DNA of 64,000 nucleotides. Source: Candidatus Parcubacteria bacterium (GTDB taxonomy: Bacteria > Patescibacteriota > Minisyncoccia > UBA9983). Location of the stretch: positions 1,690-65,689 of the forward strand of contig QZIU01000008.1 of assembly GCA_003599625.1 (NCBI GenBank), read 5' to 3'. The notes beneath the pieces were generated by a model. That model searched no databases. It worked only from the letters and a program-made list of their open reading frames with translations, and had not been told where the DNA came from. The translations under genes and the position numbers were made by a program. Every line of letters starts with the position of its first letter. Within the stretch, counting starts at the first letter, position 1. Below, one piece after another: positions 8,987-17,514 of this stretch.

Positions 8987-9754
8987 ATGCCGAAGGAGCT
9001 TTTTAAAGGACAAAGCAAGATAAATATAATGGACAACATTAAAGACATATTCGATCACATTACGGACAGAACCCAAAAGCTAACAGCGGCTTTATATAGG
9101 GTTACTGACCTTTTGTCCGATAAAGAACCGTTGAAATGGACACTCAGGGACAAAGCGCTAGTAATTCATGATAATCTGGTGATCATTAGAAAGACAAAGG
9201 ACAAGAATGGTTTGATATTCGAATCCGTGGATTTGATATCCGCGGTAACGAGGTCTTTGGAACTTGCCGCTTATGGCGTTTGCGTCTCCAGCTTGAATTT
9301 CGAAATCTTGAAAAGAGAATATTCCAATTTAAAGAATTTCATAGAAGGGAAAAAAGAGGAGATCTCATACGATCCGGAACTTCTCTCGGGCATTTCCGCG
9401 TCGGAAAAAATCGAAGAAAAAAGCGTCAAAAATTTTACGGAAAAAAGGGAGAATTCAATACCGAAGGAAAGTCTCCGTCCGGCAGACCTATTCGCCAAAA
9501 GACCTGCTTTGACTCCCATTCAAATAGACCCCAAAAGCCGGAAGGGCAGGATATTGGATTTGCTTAAAGGCGGAGCGGGAAAAACTGTAAATGAAATAGC
9601 CTCCGTTTTCACGGGCGAGACTAGCGAAAAATCAATACAAAGGGATCTTTTGGATCTTGTTAAGCATAGGAAGGTTTTGGCGATCGGGGACAAAAGATGG
9701 CGCAAATACGAAATAATTAAAGAAAATACGAACCTCGAGGCGGCAAGCGTATGA
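8987..9754 (+). CDS. Four-helix-bundle-like N-terminus plus C-terminal DeoR-type winged HTH; start may be 9029
   Basis: KLTAALYRVTDLL..EPLKW helical region; RILDLLK...SEKSIQRDLLDLV...GDKRWRKY. Confidence 0.75.
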   Translation: MPKELFKGQSKINIMDNIKDIFDHITDRTQKLTAALYRVTDLLSDKEPLKWTLRDKALVIHDNLVIIRKTKDKNGLIFESVDLISAVTRSLELAAYGVCVSSLNFEILKREYSNLKNFIEGKKEEISYDPELLSGISASEKIEEKSVKNFTEKRENSIPKESLRPADLFAKRPALTPIQIDPKSRKGRILDLLKGGAGKTVNEIASVFTGETSEKSIQRDLLDLVKHRKVLAIGDKRWRKYEIIKENTNLEAASV

Positions 9755-9755
9755 T

Positions 9756-9784
9756 TTGACAAAAACTAAGCTTTGATGTATCAT
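9756..9784 (+). promoter_or_regulatory. Sigma70-like promoter (distal) upstream of the S-layer-like gene
   Basis: TTGACA-N17-TATCAT. Confidence 0.6.
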
Positions 9785-9891
9785 TTTAGGTCTGATTGAC
9801 CCTGTATTCCGTTTCTGCCATAATATGCCCTAGACTCTGATTTTATTAAGGAAACGCCCGGAACAATTCCGGAGTTATCCACAGTTATTAT

Positions 9892-9920
9892 TTGCGCGAC
9901 TTTTTTTTGCGGTTTATAAT
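9892..9920 (+). promoter_or_regulatory. Sigma70-like promoter (proximal) of the S-layer-like gene; DnaA box TTATCCACA at 9875-9883
   Basis: TTGCGC-N17-TATAAT. Confidence 0.6.
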
Positions 9921-10237
9921 AATATTTAATAATCAGAAAAATGAGAAACGGATAGGCAGCGATGATGGCCCGGAAGCGTGTCTGACCTTTGAAAATCAAA
10001 TAACGATGGATGCATTAAAGATCATGGAAAGAAATTGCTGAATTTCAGAATTGAAAACTTCAATTAGAATTCGATTGAACAGATTAATTAGATTATTGGA
10101 TAATTGCGCGAAATATTCGGTTTTGTCGAAATCGGATCAAATTCGCGCGAGAAGTAATTTCGCTTTCGGTCGCGGCTAATAAAAAGCCGCAACAAAGTTC
10201 ATGAAGGCGAAGTTATATTAAGAGATTAGAAAACATT

Positions 10238-13200
10238 ATGAATAATTTTAAGACAACTAAAGTTGGTAAAACAACTTCAGTTATCGTTGGCTTGGCAACA
10301 GCCGCCTGGTTGTCTGTCGGAGCTTTGGTAGCTCCTATGACGACTTTGGCCGCCACCACCGAAGAAACGATTGCTTCACTGTTGGCCCAGATCACGCAGT
10401 TGCAAGCCCAGCTCGCCTCGCTTCAGACCGGATCAACGGGAGGAAGCACCGCGACAAAGTGCTCATTCACACGATCATTGACCGTCGGGTCAAAGGGTGA
10501 GGATGTCACTTGTTTGCAAAAGTATTTGCAAACCACCGGTCATTACACCTTTTCAGGCGGAGCGACCGGATACTTCGGTTCTGTGACAAAGTCAGCCGTT
10601 GCCGCGTGGCAAGCCGCTAACGGAGTTTCTCCGGCAGCCGGTTACTTCGGTTCATTGTCGCAAGCCAAGTACAGCAGCTTGGTCTCGTCATCAAGCTCAT
10701 CTTCAGTTTCGTCAGTATCATCTTCTGTTTCATCCGGAGCTTCCTCATCGGCAAGCTCGGTCGCGACAGGCGAAGGATTGACGATATCAACCGCGACGCA
10801 ACCGGTTGCCACATTGGCAGTCGAGGGCGCGGCCAGACTTCCTTTCACCAAGGTCACTTTGACCGCCGGATCCCAGGATATCACAGTCACGGGAGTCACG
10901 GTTGAGAGGACCGGATTGGCCAATGATGCGGTTTTCGATGGAATCGTTCTCTTGGATGAGAACGGAGCCCAACTTGGAATCTCCAAGACATTGAATTCCG
11001 ATCACAAAGCTACAATAGGAGACACTGTTACTATAAAAGCCGGACAGTCAAAAACATTCACGGTAGCCGGAAACATGGATGATGACGGCAGCACCGCTAC
11101 CAATGCTTTGACTTCATACGCCGGTCAAGTCGCTTACCTTTCAGTGACCGGAGTTTCAACTTCAGCCACTGTTTCAGGAAGCCTTCCGATAACCGGAGCA
11201 GGACACACTATTAACTCCAGTTTGGCTATCGGCAGCGTCTCGAACGCTCGAGGATCTATTGATCCGGCCACCAGCCCGACAAAGCCTATCGGCACGACCG
11301 GTTACACTTTCTCGGCTGTTAAGTTCACCGCCGGTTCAGCTGAAAAGATCAAAGTCAAATCAATCAGGTGGAATCAGTCAGGTTCGGCCGCCACTTCAGA
11401 CTTGGCTAACGTCAAGACTTATATAGACGGCACAGCCTACGACACGACGGTTTCTTCAGACGGCAAATATTACACCGCCACATTCGGCGATGGCATAGTT
11501 GTCGACAAGGGAGGAAACATCGAGATCTCCGTTAAAGGAGACATTGTCGGAGGTTCAGGCAGAACGATAGACTTCGATATTTATAAGAATACCGATGTCT
11601 ATATAACGGGAGAGACTTATGGATATGGAATCACGGCTCCGAACGGAGGTTCAGATCCTGCAGATGATTCCAGTAATTTCAGCAGCACCAATCCTTGGTA
11701 CGATGCTTCACAGGTAGAAGTTTCAGCCGGAACGATTACCGTTACCAAAGCTACTTCAGTAGCCGCGCAAAATGTCGCGGAGAACGTAGCGAATCAGCCC
11801 TTGGGCGGATTCATCGTAGAAGTAAAGGGTGAGCCTATCTCGGCTAATAACTTGATCTTCAATTTCTTGATAACAGGAACAGGAGGTCAGGTAGCCGATA
11901 TAACAAATATTTCCCTTTATGACGAGAATGGCAGTGTAGTAGCCGGTCCGGCCGATGGCTCGGGGGCGGCCGCTTATGGAACAGTTACATTCTCTGATAC
12001 AGTTACTTTCCCAGTCGGAACAAAAACTTATACTTTGAAAGGAAAACTCGGAACAGACTTTGCTAACGATCAGACAGTAGTTGCTTCAACCACGCCTTCA
12101 TCCAACTGGTCAAACGTTACTGGTCAAACAACCGGTAACTCGATCACCGGAAGCTCGATTACTTCCTCGGTAGTAACGGGTAACACAATGACTCTGAAGA
12201 CCGCCGCTATGACGATCAGCGTCTCAAGCGACCCGGTCGCGCAGACAGTCGTTTCCGGAGCGCAAGGATTCACTTTCGCGAAATATGTCCTTGATGCCGC
12301 GGCCTCAGGAGAGGATGTAAAGTTCAGTTCGCTGCCTTTGGCTTATGAAATTTTCGGAGGTACAGCAACGAACGTTAACAACTGTATCCTTTACGACGGT
12401 TCAACGGCACTGAACACAGGTTCAAATGTGGTCAATCCTTCAGCCGCCGGTTCATCGACTTCATTCACCCTTGATTCAGCTTTCACTGTTTCAAAAGGAA
12501 CATCGAAGACTTTGACGCTCAAGTGCAACATTATTGCCGGAGCCACCGGGAATTATGCTTGGGGTTATGACAGCGGAGCTTCTCCGACAATCACTGGAGT
12601 TACTTCAGGCCAATCAGCCGGTTTAACTGAGAACGATTCAACCGGTCAAATGATGACCTTGACTGCAAATGGCACATTGACCGTTACCGCCAACACCTCG
12701 CTGAGCCCGGCCGCCAATGCGGTTGCCTCGGCTGGAACAAGCGGCGTTACCCTTGGAGTCATAGACTTCCACGCGGCTAATGAAGCTATCAATCTCACCA
12801 AACTTGGATTGACCCTTACCAACACGGCTTCAAGCTCGGCTTCCAACTTCACCACATCGGGAACGAACGGAGCCCACTTGACTTTGTGGGACGGTTCAAC
12901 CAAAGTCGGTTCTTTGACTCTTACCGGAGCCACTGGAACCTCGACTTTGACTTCAGACTTCATCATTCCTAAGGATGGAGACAAGACTTTGACCATCAAA
13001 GGAGATTTGTCTGACATCGGCACCAGCCAGGCTGGTACACAAGGAGCTTTGATCGCCGTCAATTATATTGGCGCGGGCAATGCTCAGGGTACAGGCCAGT
13101 CAAGCGGCGTGTCATTGACTTCAAGCTCAGGCGCGACATCATTGTCGTCAACCAGAGTCTTCAAGTCTTACCCGACAGTCGCCAGACTTTCAGGCATAGA

Positions 13201-13795
13201 GTCAACATTGGCGGGAACAACGGATGAAACAGTCATGGGCTTCAGTGTAACGGCCGACAGTAAAGGCAAGATTGCTTTGTACAAACTTGCTTTCAACGTC
13301 GCCACCACCGGAGTAACAGCCGATAGCTTGAATGTCTACGCTTACAACAGCTACAGCAGCGGCACATTCTCAAGCCCTGTTTCAGGAATCGGTTCAGGCG
13401 GAAAGATGTTGAATACGGATGCTGATTTGGAAACTCTCTGGGCGGCAGCTTCAACCGATATTGAGGTATATCCTCAAACAACGGCCGGAGCTTCAACGAC
13501 CATCGAGATAGCGGCTGGAGCCACGATGTACTTCAAAGTGGTTGCCACCATTACCGGGGTCGGTTCGGGAGATTCAATGACAGTGACCTTGAGAGGCGAC
13601 AACGCCTATCCTTCATTGGCCAATTTGATGGGTAACTATGTTAACATTGAAGCGGCTGGCACTGCTGCCAACAACTTCATCTGGTCTCCGAGAGCCACCA
13701 GCACGACAGTTTCGATCAACGATCTTGATTGGACGAACGGATACAATGTTGCATCGCTGCCTTCAAGCGGCATCTCATTCACCAAGTCCAAGTAA
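10238..13795 (+). CDS. Large secreted S-layer-like/cell-surface protein with a peptidoglycan-binding domain and repeated beta-sandwich domains
   Basis: Signal peptide, coiled coil, FTRSLTVGSKGEDV..LQ..L..TGYFGSVTK..V..WQ (PG_binding_1-like), Ser-rich linker, Ser/Thr/Gly-rich repeats. Confidence 0.85.
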   Translation: MNNFKTTKVGKTTSVIVGLATAAWLSVGALVAPMTTLAATTEETIASLLAQITQLQAQLASLQTGSTGGSTATKCSFTRSLTVGSKGEDVTCLQKYLQTTGHYTFSGGATGYFGSVTKSAVAAWQAANGVSPAAGYFGSLSQAKYSSLVSSSSSSSVSSVSSSVSSGASSSASSVATGEGLTISTATQPVATLAVEGAARLPFTKVTLTAGSQDITVTGVTVERTGLANDAVFDGIVLLDENGAQLGISKTLNSDHKATIGDTVTIKAGQSKTFTVAGNMDDDGSTATNALTSYAGQVAYLSVTGVSTSATVSGSLPITGAGHTINSSLAIGSVSNARGSIDPATSPTKPIGTTGYTFSAVKFTAGSAEKIKVKSIRWNQSGSAATSDLANVKTYIDGTAYDTTVSSDGKYYTATFGDGIVVDKGGNIEISVKGDIVGGSGRTIDFDIYKNTDVYITGETYGYGITAPNGGSDPADDSSNFSSTNPWYDASQVEVSAGTITVTKATSVAAQNVAENVANQPLGGFIVEVKGEPISANNLIFNFLITGTGGQVADITNISLYDENGSVVAGPADGSGAAAYGTVTFSDTVTFPVGTKTYTLKGKLGTDFANDQTVVASTTPSSNWSNVTGQTTGNSITGSSITSSVVTGNTMTLKTAAMTISVSSDPVAQTVVSGAQGFTFAKYVLDAAASGEDVKFSSLPLAYEIFGGTATNVNNCILYDGSTALNTGSNVVNPSAAGSSTSFTLDSAFTVSKGTSKTLTLKCNIIAGATGNYAWGYDSGASPTITGVTSGQSAGLTENDSTGQMMTLTANGTLTVTANTSLSPAANAVASAGTSGVTLGVIDFHAANEAINLTKLGLTLTNTASSSASNFTTSGTNGAHLTLWDGSTKVGSLTLTGATGTSTLTSDFIIPKDGDKTLTIKGDLSDIGTSQAGTQGALIAVNYIGAGNAQGTGQSSGVSLTSSSGATSLSSTRVFKSYPTVARLSGIESTLAGTTDETVMGFSVTADSKGKIALYKLAFNVATTGVTADSLNVYAYNSYSSGTFSSPVSGIGSGGKMLNTDADLETLWAAASTDIEVYPQTTAGASTTIEIAAGATMYFKVVATITGVGSGDSMTVTLRGDNAYPSLANLMGNYVNIEAAGTAANNFIWSPRATSTTVSINDLDWTNGYNVASLPSSGISFTKSK

Positions 13796-13831
13796 ACTAA
13801 CCATCTTGTGTCCCGCTTTTAGCGGGAGGTT

Positions 13832-13870
13832 AAGCGAAAACACCGCGCCCTATGGGCGCGGTGTTTGCTT
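13832..13870 (+). terminator. Strong terminator after the S-layer-like gene
   Basis: aaacaccgcgccc-tat-gggcgcggtgttt followed by gctttt. Confidence 0.8.
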
Positions 13871-13907
13871 TTGGTCGCCTTTTTCCTTAAAATAAAACAA
13901 AAGCAAA

Positions 13908-14597
13908 ATGACCAAAAAAATTATTTTAATTACCTTATCAATTCTCCTGTTTGGATCGGTAGGCTTTTATATCAAAGAAAATATTAAAAACAGTAAGGAG
14001 GCAGCTCAAAAAAACGGCAACAAAACTCAGAATAATAATCCTGGCATAGTTGTTGAGGGAAACGGCAATTATGAGGTTAAAAAAATTGATTTGCCTAAAA
14101 ACTTCGAAAATATAGATAAAATTCCGATGCCTGATTTAGATAAGCCGATCATGGCTCTGCCTGGCGTTGATGATATAACTCTAAAATTCGCGACGGAAAA
14201 GATCAAAGAAGTAACAACCAGATTAAAAGCAAACAAATATTCTCTGGAAGATTGGTTGATCTTGGGAGTTCATCGCAAAACCATAGAAGATTACGAAGAA
14301 GCGAGGACAATATGGACATACGCCGGCCTTGCCTGGCCCCAAAATGAGAGATCTTTCCATAACCTCGGCGAGCTTTACGGATACTACTTGAAAGATTACA
14401 AAAAAGCCGAAGAAAATTACAAGAAAGCCTTAGAAAACAACCCTTCCGCCATTTATATTTACCGCAATTTTGCCGATTTCTACCGCTTTGTTATCAAAGA
14501 TAACACTAAAGCCAAAGCTATTCTTGAACAGGGCATTGCCGCCAACCCCGGCGAAGCTCCCCTCGACCTCCAAAATCTTCTCAAGGCCATAAAATAG
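13908..14597 (+). CDS. Membrane-anchored TPR protein
   Basis: N-terminal TM; NLGELYGYYLKDYKKAEENYKKALENNP TPR pattern. Confidence 0.8.
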   Translation: MTKKIILITLSILLFGSVGFYIKENIKNSKEAAQKNGNKTQNNNPGIVVEGNGNYEVKKIDLPKNFENIDKIPMPDLDKPIMALPGVDDITLKFATEKIKEVTTRLKANKYSLEDWLILGVHRKTIEDYEEARTIWTYAGLAWPQNERSFHNLGELYGYYLKDYKKAEENYKKALENNPSAIYIYRNFADFYRFVIKDNTKAKAILEQGIAANPGEAPLDLQNLLKAIK

Positions 14598-14662
14598 CTG
14601 TTCATAATCTGTGTATAACTCATCCAACCCTGCCTACCGGCAGGCAGGCCGCCGGGTTGGAA
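14598..14662 (+). repeat. DnaA-box pair + palindrome repeat, copy 2, interrupted by the 20-nt element (14629-14648)
   Basis: ctgttcataatctgtgtataactcatccaac[cctgcctaccggcaggcagg]ccgccgggttggaa. Confidence 0.88.
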
Positions 14663-14692
14663 TTACCGATTTTCTAAGCTATAATCCCAGGC

Positions 14693-15111
14693 ATGGGAAA
14701 TATTTACCATATCTTGAATCGGGGGGTTAATAAAGATCCGATTTTTCTCGGCACTAACGACTATTTGCGTTTTATCTACTGTCTTCATCGCTTCAACAAT
14801 CGCGGTCGCAGGCTTGGCGAAAGAGAAGATCCGAAGGAATACCTCAAAGACCCTCCTCCTCAAGACAAACTGGTCAATATTCTAAAGTGGAGCCTGATGC
14901 CGAATCATTATCATATTCTGGTTGAAGAAGTGGTCGAAGGAGGCGCGCTTAAATTCGTCCAGCGGGTTATCGCTGGTCTGATTATTTTTTAAGTGTTGGG
15001 AGCAGGGAGTTCCCGATGATAAGCGACAAAGAGGCCTTTTTTGAACTGTATGAAACCAACGAAGAAAAATATCTCGACAGCTTCCACGACTGGCTTGTGG
15101 AAAACCTGTGA
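14693..15111 (+). pseudogene. RAYT/IS200-like Y1 HUH transposase with internal deletion and frameshift
   Basis: YHILNRGVNK..IF...DY.RF and MPNHYHIL (HUH); frame ends at 14992, a C-terminal-like frame SDYFLS...WLVENL runs to TGA 15111; catalytic Tyr region absent. Confidence 0.85.
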
Positions 15112-15147
15112 ACAACTCAGTCATGCCTGCCGGTAGGCAGGTTGGAA
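15096..15147 (+). repeat. Degenerate copy 3 of the DnaA-box/palindrome repeat carrying the CCTGCC element
   Basis: tgtggaaaacctgtgaacaactcagtcatgcctgccggtaggcaggttggaa. Confidence 0.75.
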
Positions 15148-15200
15148 AAGAGAATTTAACTTGTTTGGTTGTCAAAAATTCAAAATTTTGGCAAGTTGGG

Positions 15201-15230
15201 AAATAACCCTTTAGTAAAGGGTTATTTTTT
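15201..15230 (+). terminator. Intrinsic terminator
   Basis: aaataaccctttag-taaagggttatttttt. Confidence 0.7.
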
Positions 15231-15302
15231 TGTCAAAATTTTAGAAATATTTTATCTCGGTTTGGTATGATAGAATTAATTAATCAAGTCTTATTCAAAA
15301 AA

Positions 15303-15956
15303 ATGCTAAAGTTTATAAAATTAAATCTTACAAAAATAAAATACGCTGGCAATTCCGTTGGCCGTGATATTAGAGTAGAGATTGAAGCCTTTGGAAAATT
15401 TTTCCGAGTTGATAAAAGAATTAAAGCGGGAGAAGCAAAAAGTATTGATCAAGAAATCTTAAGATTAGAATCAGATCAGGATGTGTTGCAATCAGATCTT
15501 GCCATAGCAGTCATCGAAAAAGATTTATTGTTTAGCGATACCGGCGCGCTGAAAAGCAGCATTAAAATCGATGTTGCCTCGGAGAAGTCACAAATATTCA
15601 GGTTTAATGTGGAGGTAAAGGAAAGCCGTTCGCTGTTGAGCAAATTATTCTGGGGCGGCAGGAAAGCCGTTTTCGAACTTGAATTTGAAGCGATAATCGG
15701 AGATGTCGAGAGATATATCCCAAATACGAAGGATGGCTGGTTTTTGACATTGGATAATAAGGATGACAATGCGTCATTGCCGGAATATCTAAAGTTGATC
15801 TTAAGGTATGAAAAGGGTGGACGTGAATCTGGGTTGGTTTCTGCGGGCTGTATCTCTATTGCAGAAACTGAGCGGTGGATGGAAATATACCGCACTCTTA
15901 TCAAAGCGCGCAAAGGAGATAATAGAAGTGTCGGTGTTTTAAAGGTTGTTGATTGA
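15303..15956 (+). CDS. Hypothetical protein with a C-terminal SAGCI motif (possible remnant of an L,D-transpeptidase-like domain)
   Basis: Long ORF; ATG 15267 lies inside the -10 box, so 15303 is preferred. Confidence 0.65.
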   Translation: MLKFIKLNLTKIKYAGNSVGRDIRVEIEAFGKFFRVDKRIKAGEAKSIDQEILRLESDQDVLQSDLAIAVIEKDLLFSDTGALKSSIKIDVASEKSQIFRFNVEVKESRSLLSKLFWGGRKAVFELEFEAIIGDVERYIPNTKDGWFLTLDNKDDNASLPEYLKLILRYEKGGRESGLVSAGCISIAETERWMEIYRTLIKARKGDNRSVGVLKVVD

Positions 15957-15963
15957 TATTTCT

Positions 15964-16749
15964 ATGCCTGGAAAATCTTTTTCAAAAGCCATTGCAATGA
16001 TTTTTGGGATAATTATCGCAATTTCTTTTTTGGCATTTGCTCTGCGTTGGAATAAAAAAGAAGAGGTTTCTCAGGTGGCAAAGCAATTAAGTCTGCCAGT
16101 TATAAGCTGGAAAAAAATTACCATAGAGAAGGAACCAAAAAAGTTCTTAATAAGCTTAAGGGTTCCCGAGGTGGCTTTTTACACCAATGATTCCTTGGCC
16201 GAAAAAATTAACGAGGATGTTGATAGATATATCGGAGCATTGAAGGATACTTTTATTCGAGGTGTCATAACTGCCGCCGATGATAACGGGGAAGCAAGCA
16301 CTCTCAATATCGATACGGAAATATTGCTTATGTCACCGCGTTTGATTTCCCTGGCTTTTACATCATCAGACCATCTGTCTGGCGGCAAAGTCGGCGACCT
16401 CGAGCGAACATATCTTATTTTCGACCTTGAAAAGGGCGAAATGATGAGGGAGGGAAACGAACTGTTTCGCGATGATTTGGCTTGGGCGGAAGCGGTAAGA
16501 ATAATGAAGCCGCTGCTGCTTTCTAAATATGACGGAGAACCAAGCTGTGATCTGATGTTTGCCCCGAAACGGGAAGCTTTCTCGGCCTCTTGCATCGGAG
16601 TTGATTACAACAATGAAGATAAAGGTCCTTTTTCTATATTCGGAGATATCCCAATTTCCGCAATCCAAGAATTTGTCGCTCCATGGGCGTTAAAAGAGAT
16701 TTTCCAACCCGGCGGGTTGGATGAGTTATCCACAGGTTTTCCACAATAA
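15964..16749 (+). CDS. Membrane-anchored hypothetical protein (RsiV/DUF4163-like pattern); C-terminus encoded by repeat copy 4
   Basis: N-terminal TM, LISL...FDLEKG pattern; ends FQPGGLDELSTGFPQ inside the repeat. Confidence 0.65.
   Translation: MPGKSFSKAIAMIFGIIIAISFLAFALRWNKKEEVSQVAKQLSLPVISWKKITIEKEPKKFLISLRVPEVAFYTNDSLAEKINEDVDRYIGALKDTFIRGVITAADDNGEASTLNIDTEILLMSPRLISLAFTSSDHLSGGKVGDLERTYLIFDLEKGEMMREGNELFRDDLAWAEAVRIMKPLLLSKYDGEPSCDLMFAPKREAFSASCIGVDYNNEDKGPFSIFGDIPISAIQEFVAPWALKEIFQPGGLDELSTGFPQ
16702..16745 (-). repeat. DnaA-box pair + palindrome repeat, copy 4 (uninterrupted, inverted)
   Basis: ttccaacccggcgggttggatgagttatccacaggttttccaca. Confidence 0.88.
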
Positions 16750-16891
16750 GGGCTGCTTGCAAATTATGGACTTTAGAAAGATTTTATCTCGGTTTGGTAA
16801 GATGGAATCGTTTTTATTTTTACTTTTAAAATAACGACAAAAATGAGAAAATGAATTGGAAGTCGAAATTAGAAAATTAAACAAATTTAAA

Positions 16892-17512
16892 ATGAAACTT
16901 TTCAAAAAGATAATCATAAGAGCGGTATTGGTAATAGTCATTCTCTTTATTGGTCTGGTAATCTATCGCATTCCTCATGTGATAAAGAAAAGTAAAACAG
17001 AAGAATTGGTTGCAAAAATCCATAACACGAAACTCGTCATGGACGATGTGATGGGCAAGAATTTGCCGCCCGATCCGGGAATGGAAGCGGATAAGACGGT
17101 CCAAGGAATCGATGCAAACCAAAACGGCATCCGAGACGATGTGGAGTTGGCCATCTTCAAAGAATATCCGAATTCGGCCAAAACCAGGGCGGCGCTTTTG
17201 CAATATGCGTTGGCGTTGCAGATGGAGATGAGTCAGTCGTTTCTGAATACAGAAGTGGTGATTGCGGCGATACAGGAGGCAAGCAGAGCTAATATTTGTG
17301 TTGCCGATACTCTTGTACCAAGGAAAAGTCCTGAATCTGCGAGAGAATATTCCGACTTAGAGAAAATCGATAAATATATTGATTTTGTTGAAAAAAAGCA
17401 GCTTAACACGGATGAAAGAAAAAGATTTAGAAAAGAGTTTTATAAAAAAATTGGAAGTTATAACTCTTTGCCGCATGTTTGCGATATTGATTATTCGTTG
17501 CTAGTAAATTAG
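16892..17512 (+). CDS. Membrane-anchored protein with a GIDANQNGIRDDVE Ca-binding-like motif
   Basis: N-terminal TM; LPPDPG...GIDANQNGIRDD; stop 2 nt before the next gene. Confidence 0.8.
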   Translation: MKLFKKIIIRAVLVIVILFIGLVIYRIPHVIKKSKTEELVAKIHNTKLVMDDVMGKNLPPDPGMEADKTVQGIDANQNGIRDDVELAIFKEYPNSAKTRAALLQYALALQMEMSQSFLNTEVVIAAIQEASRANICVADTLVPRKSPESAREYSDLEKIDKYIDFVEKKQLNTDERKRFRKEFYKKIGSYNSLPHVCDIDYSLLVN

Positions 17513-17514
17513 GA

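Noticed and set aside
8987-9754. Diversity-generating retroelement (Avd-like helix bundle)
   Set aside because: No reverse transcriptase and no TR/VR pair with adenine-specific mismatches seen
13811-13827. Short palindrome tcccgcttttagcggga as another mobile hairpin
   Set aside because: Single copy in the window and adjacent to a terminator; cannot be supported
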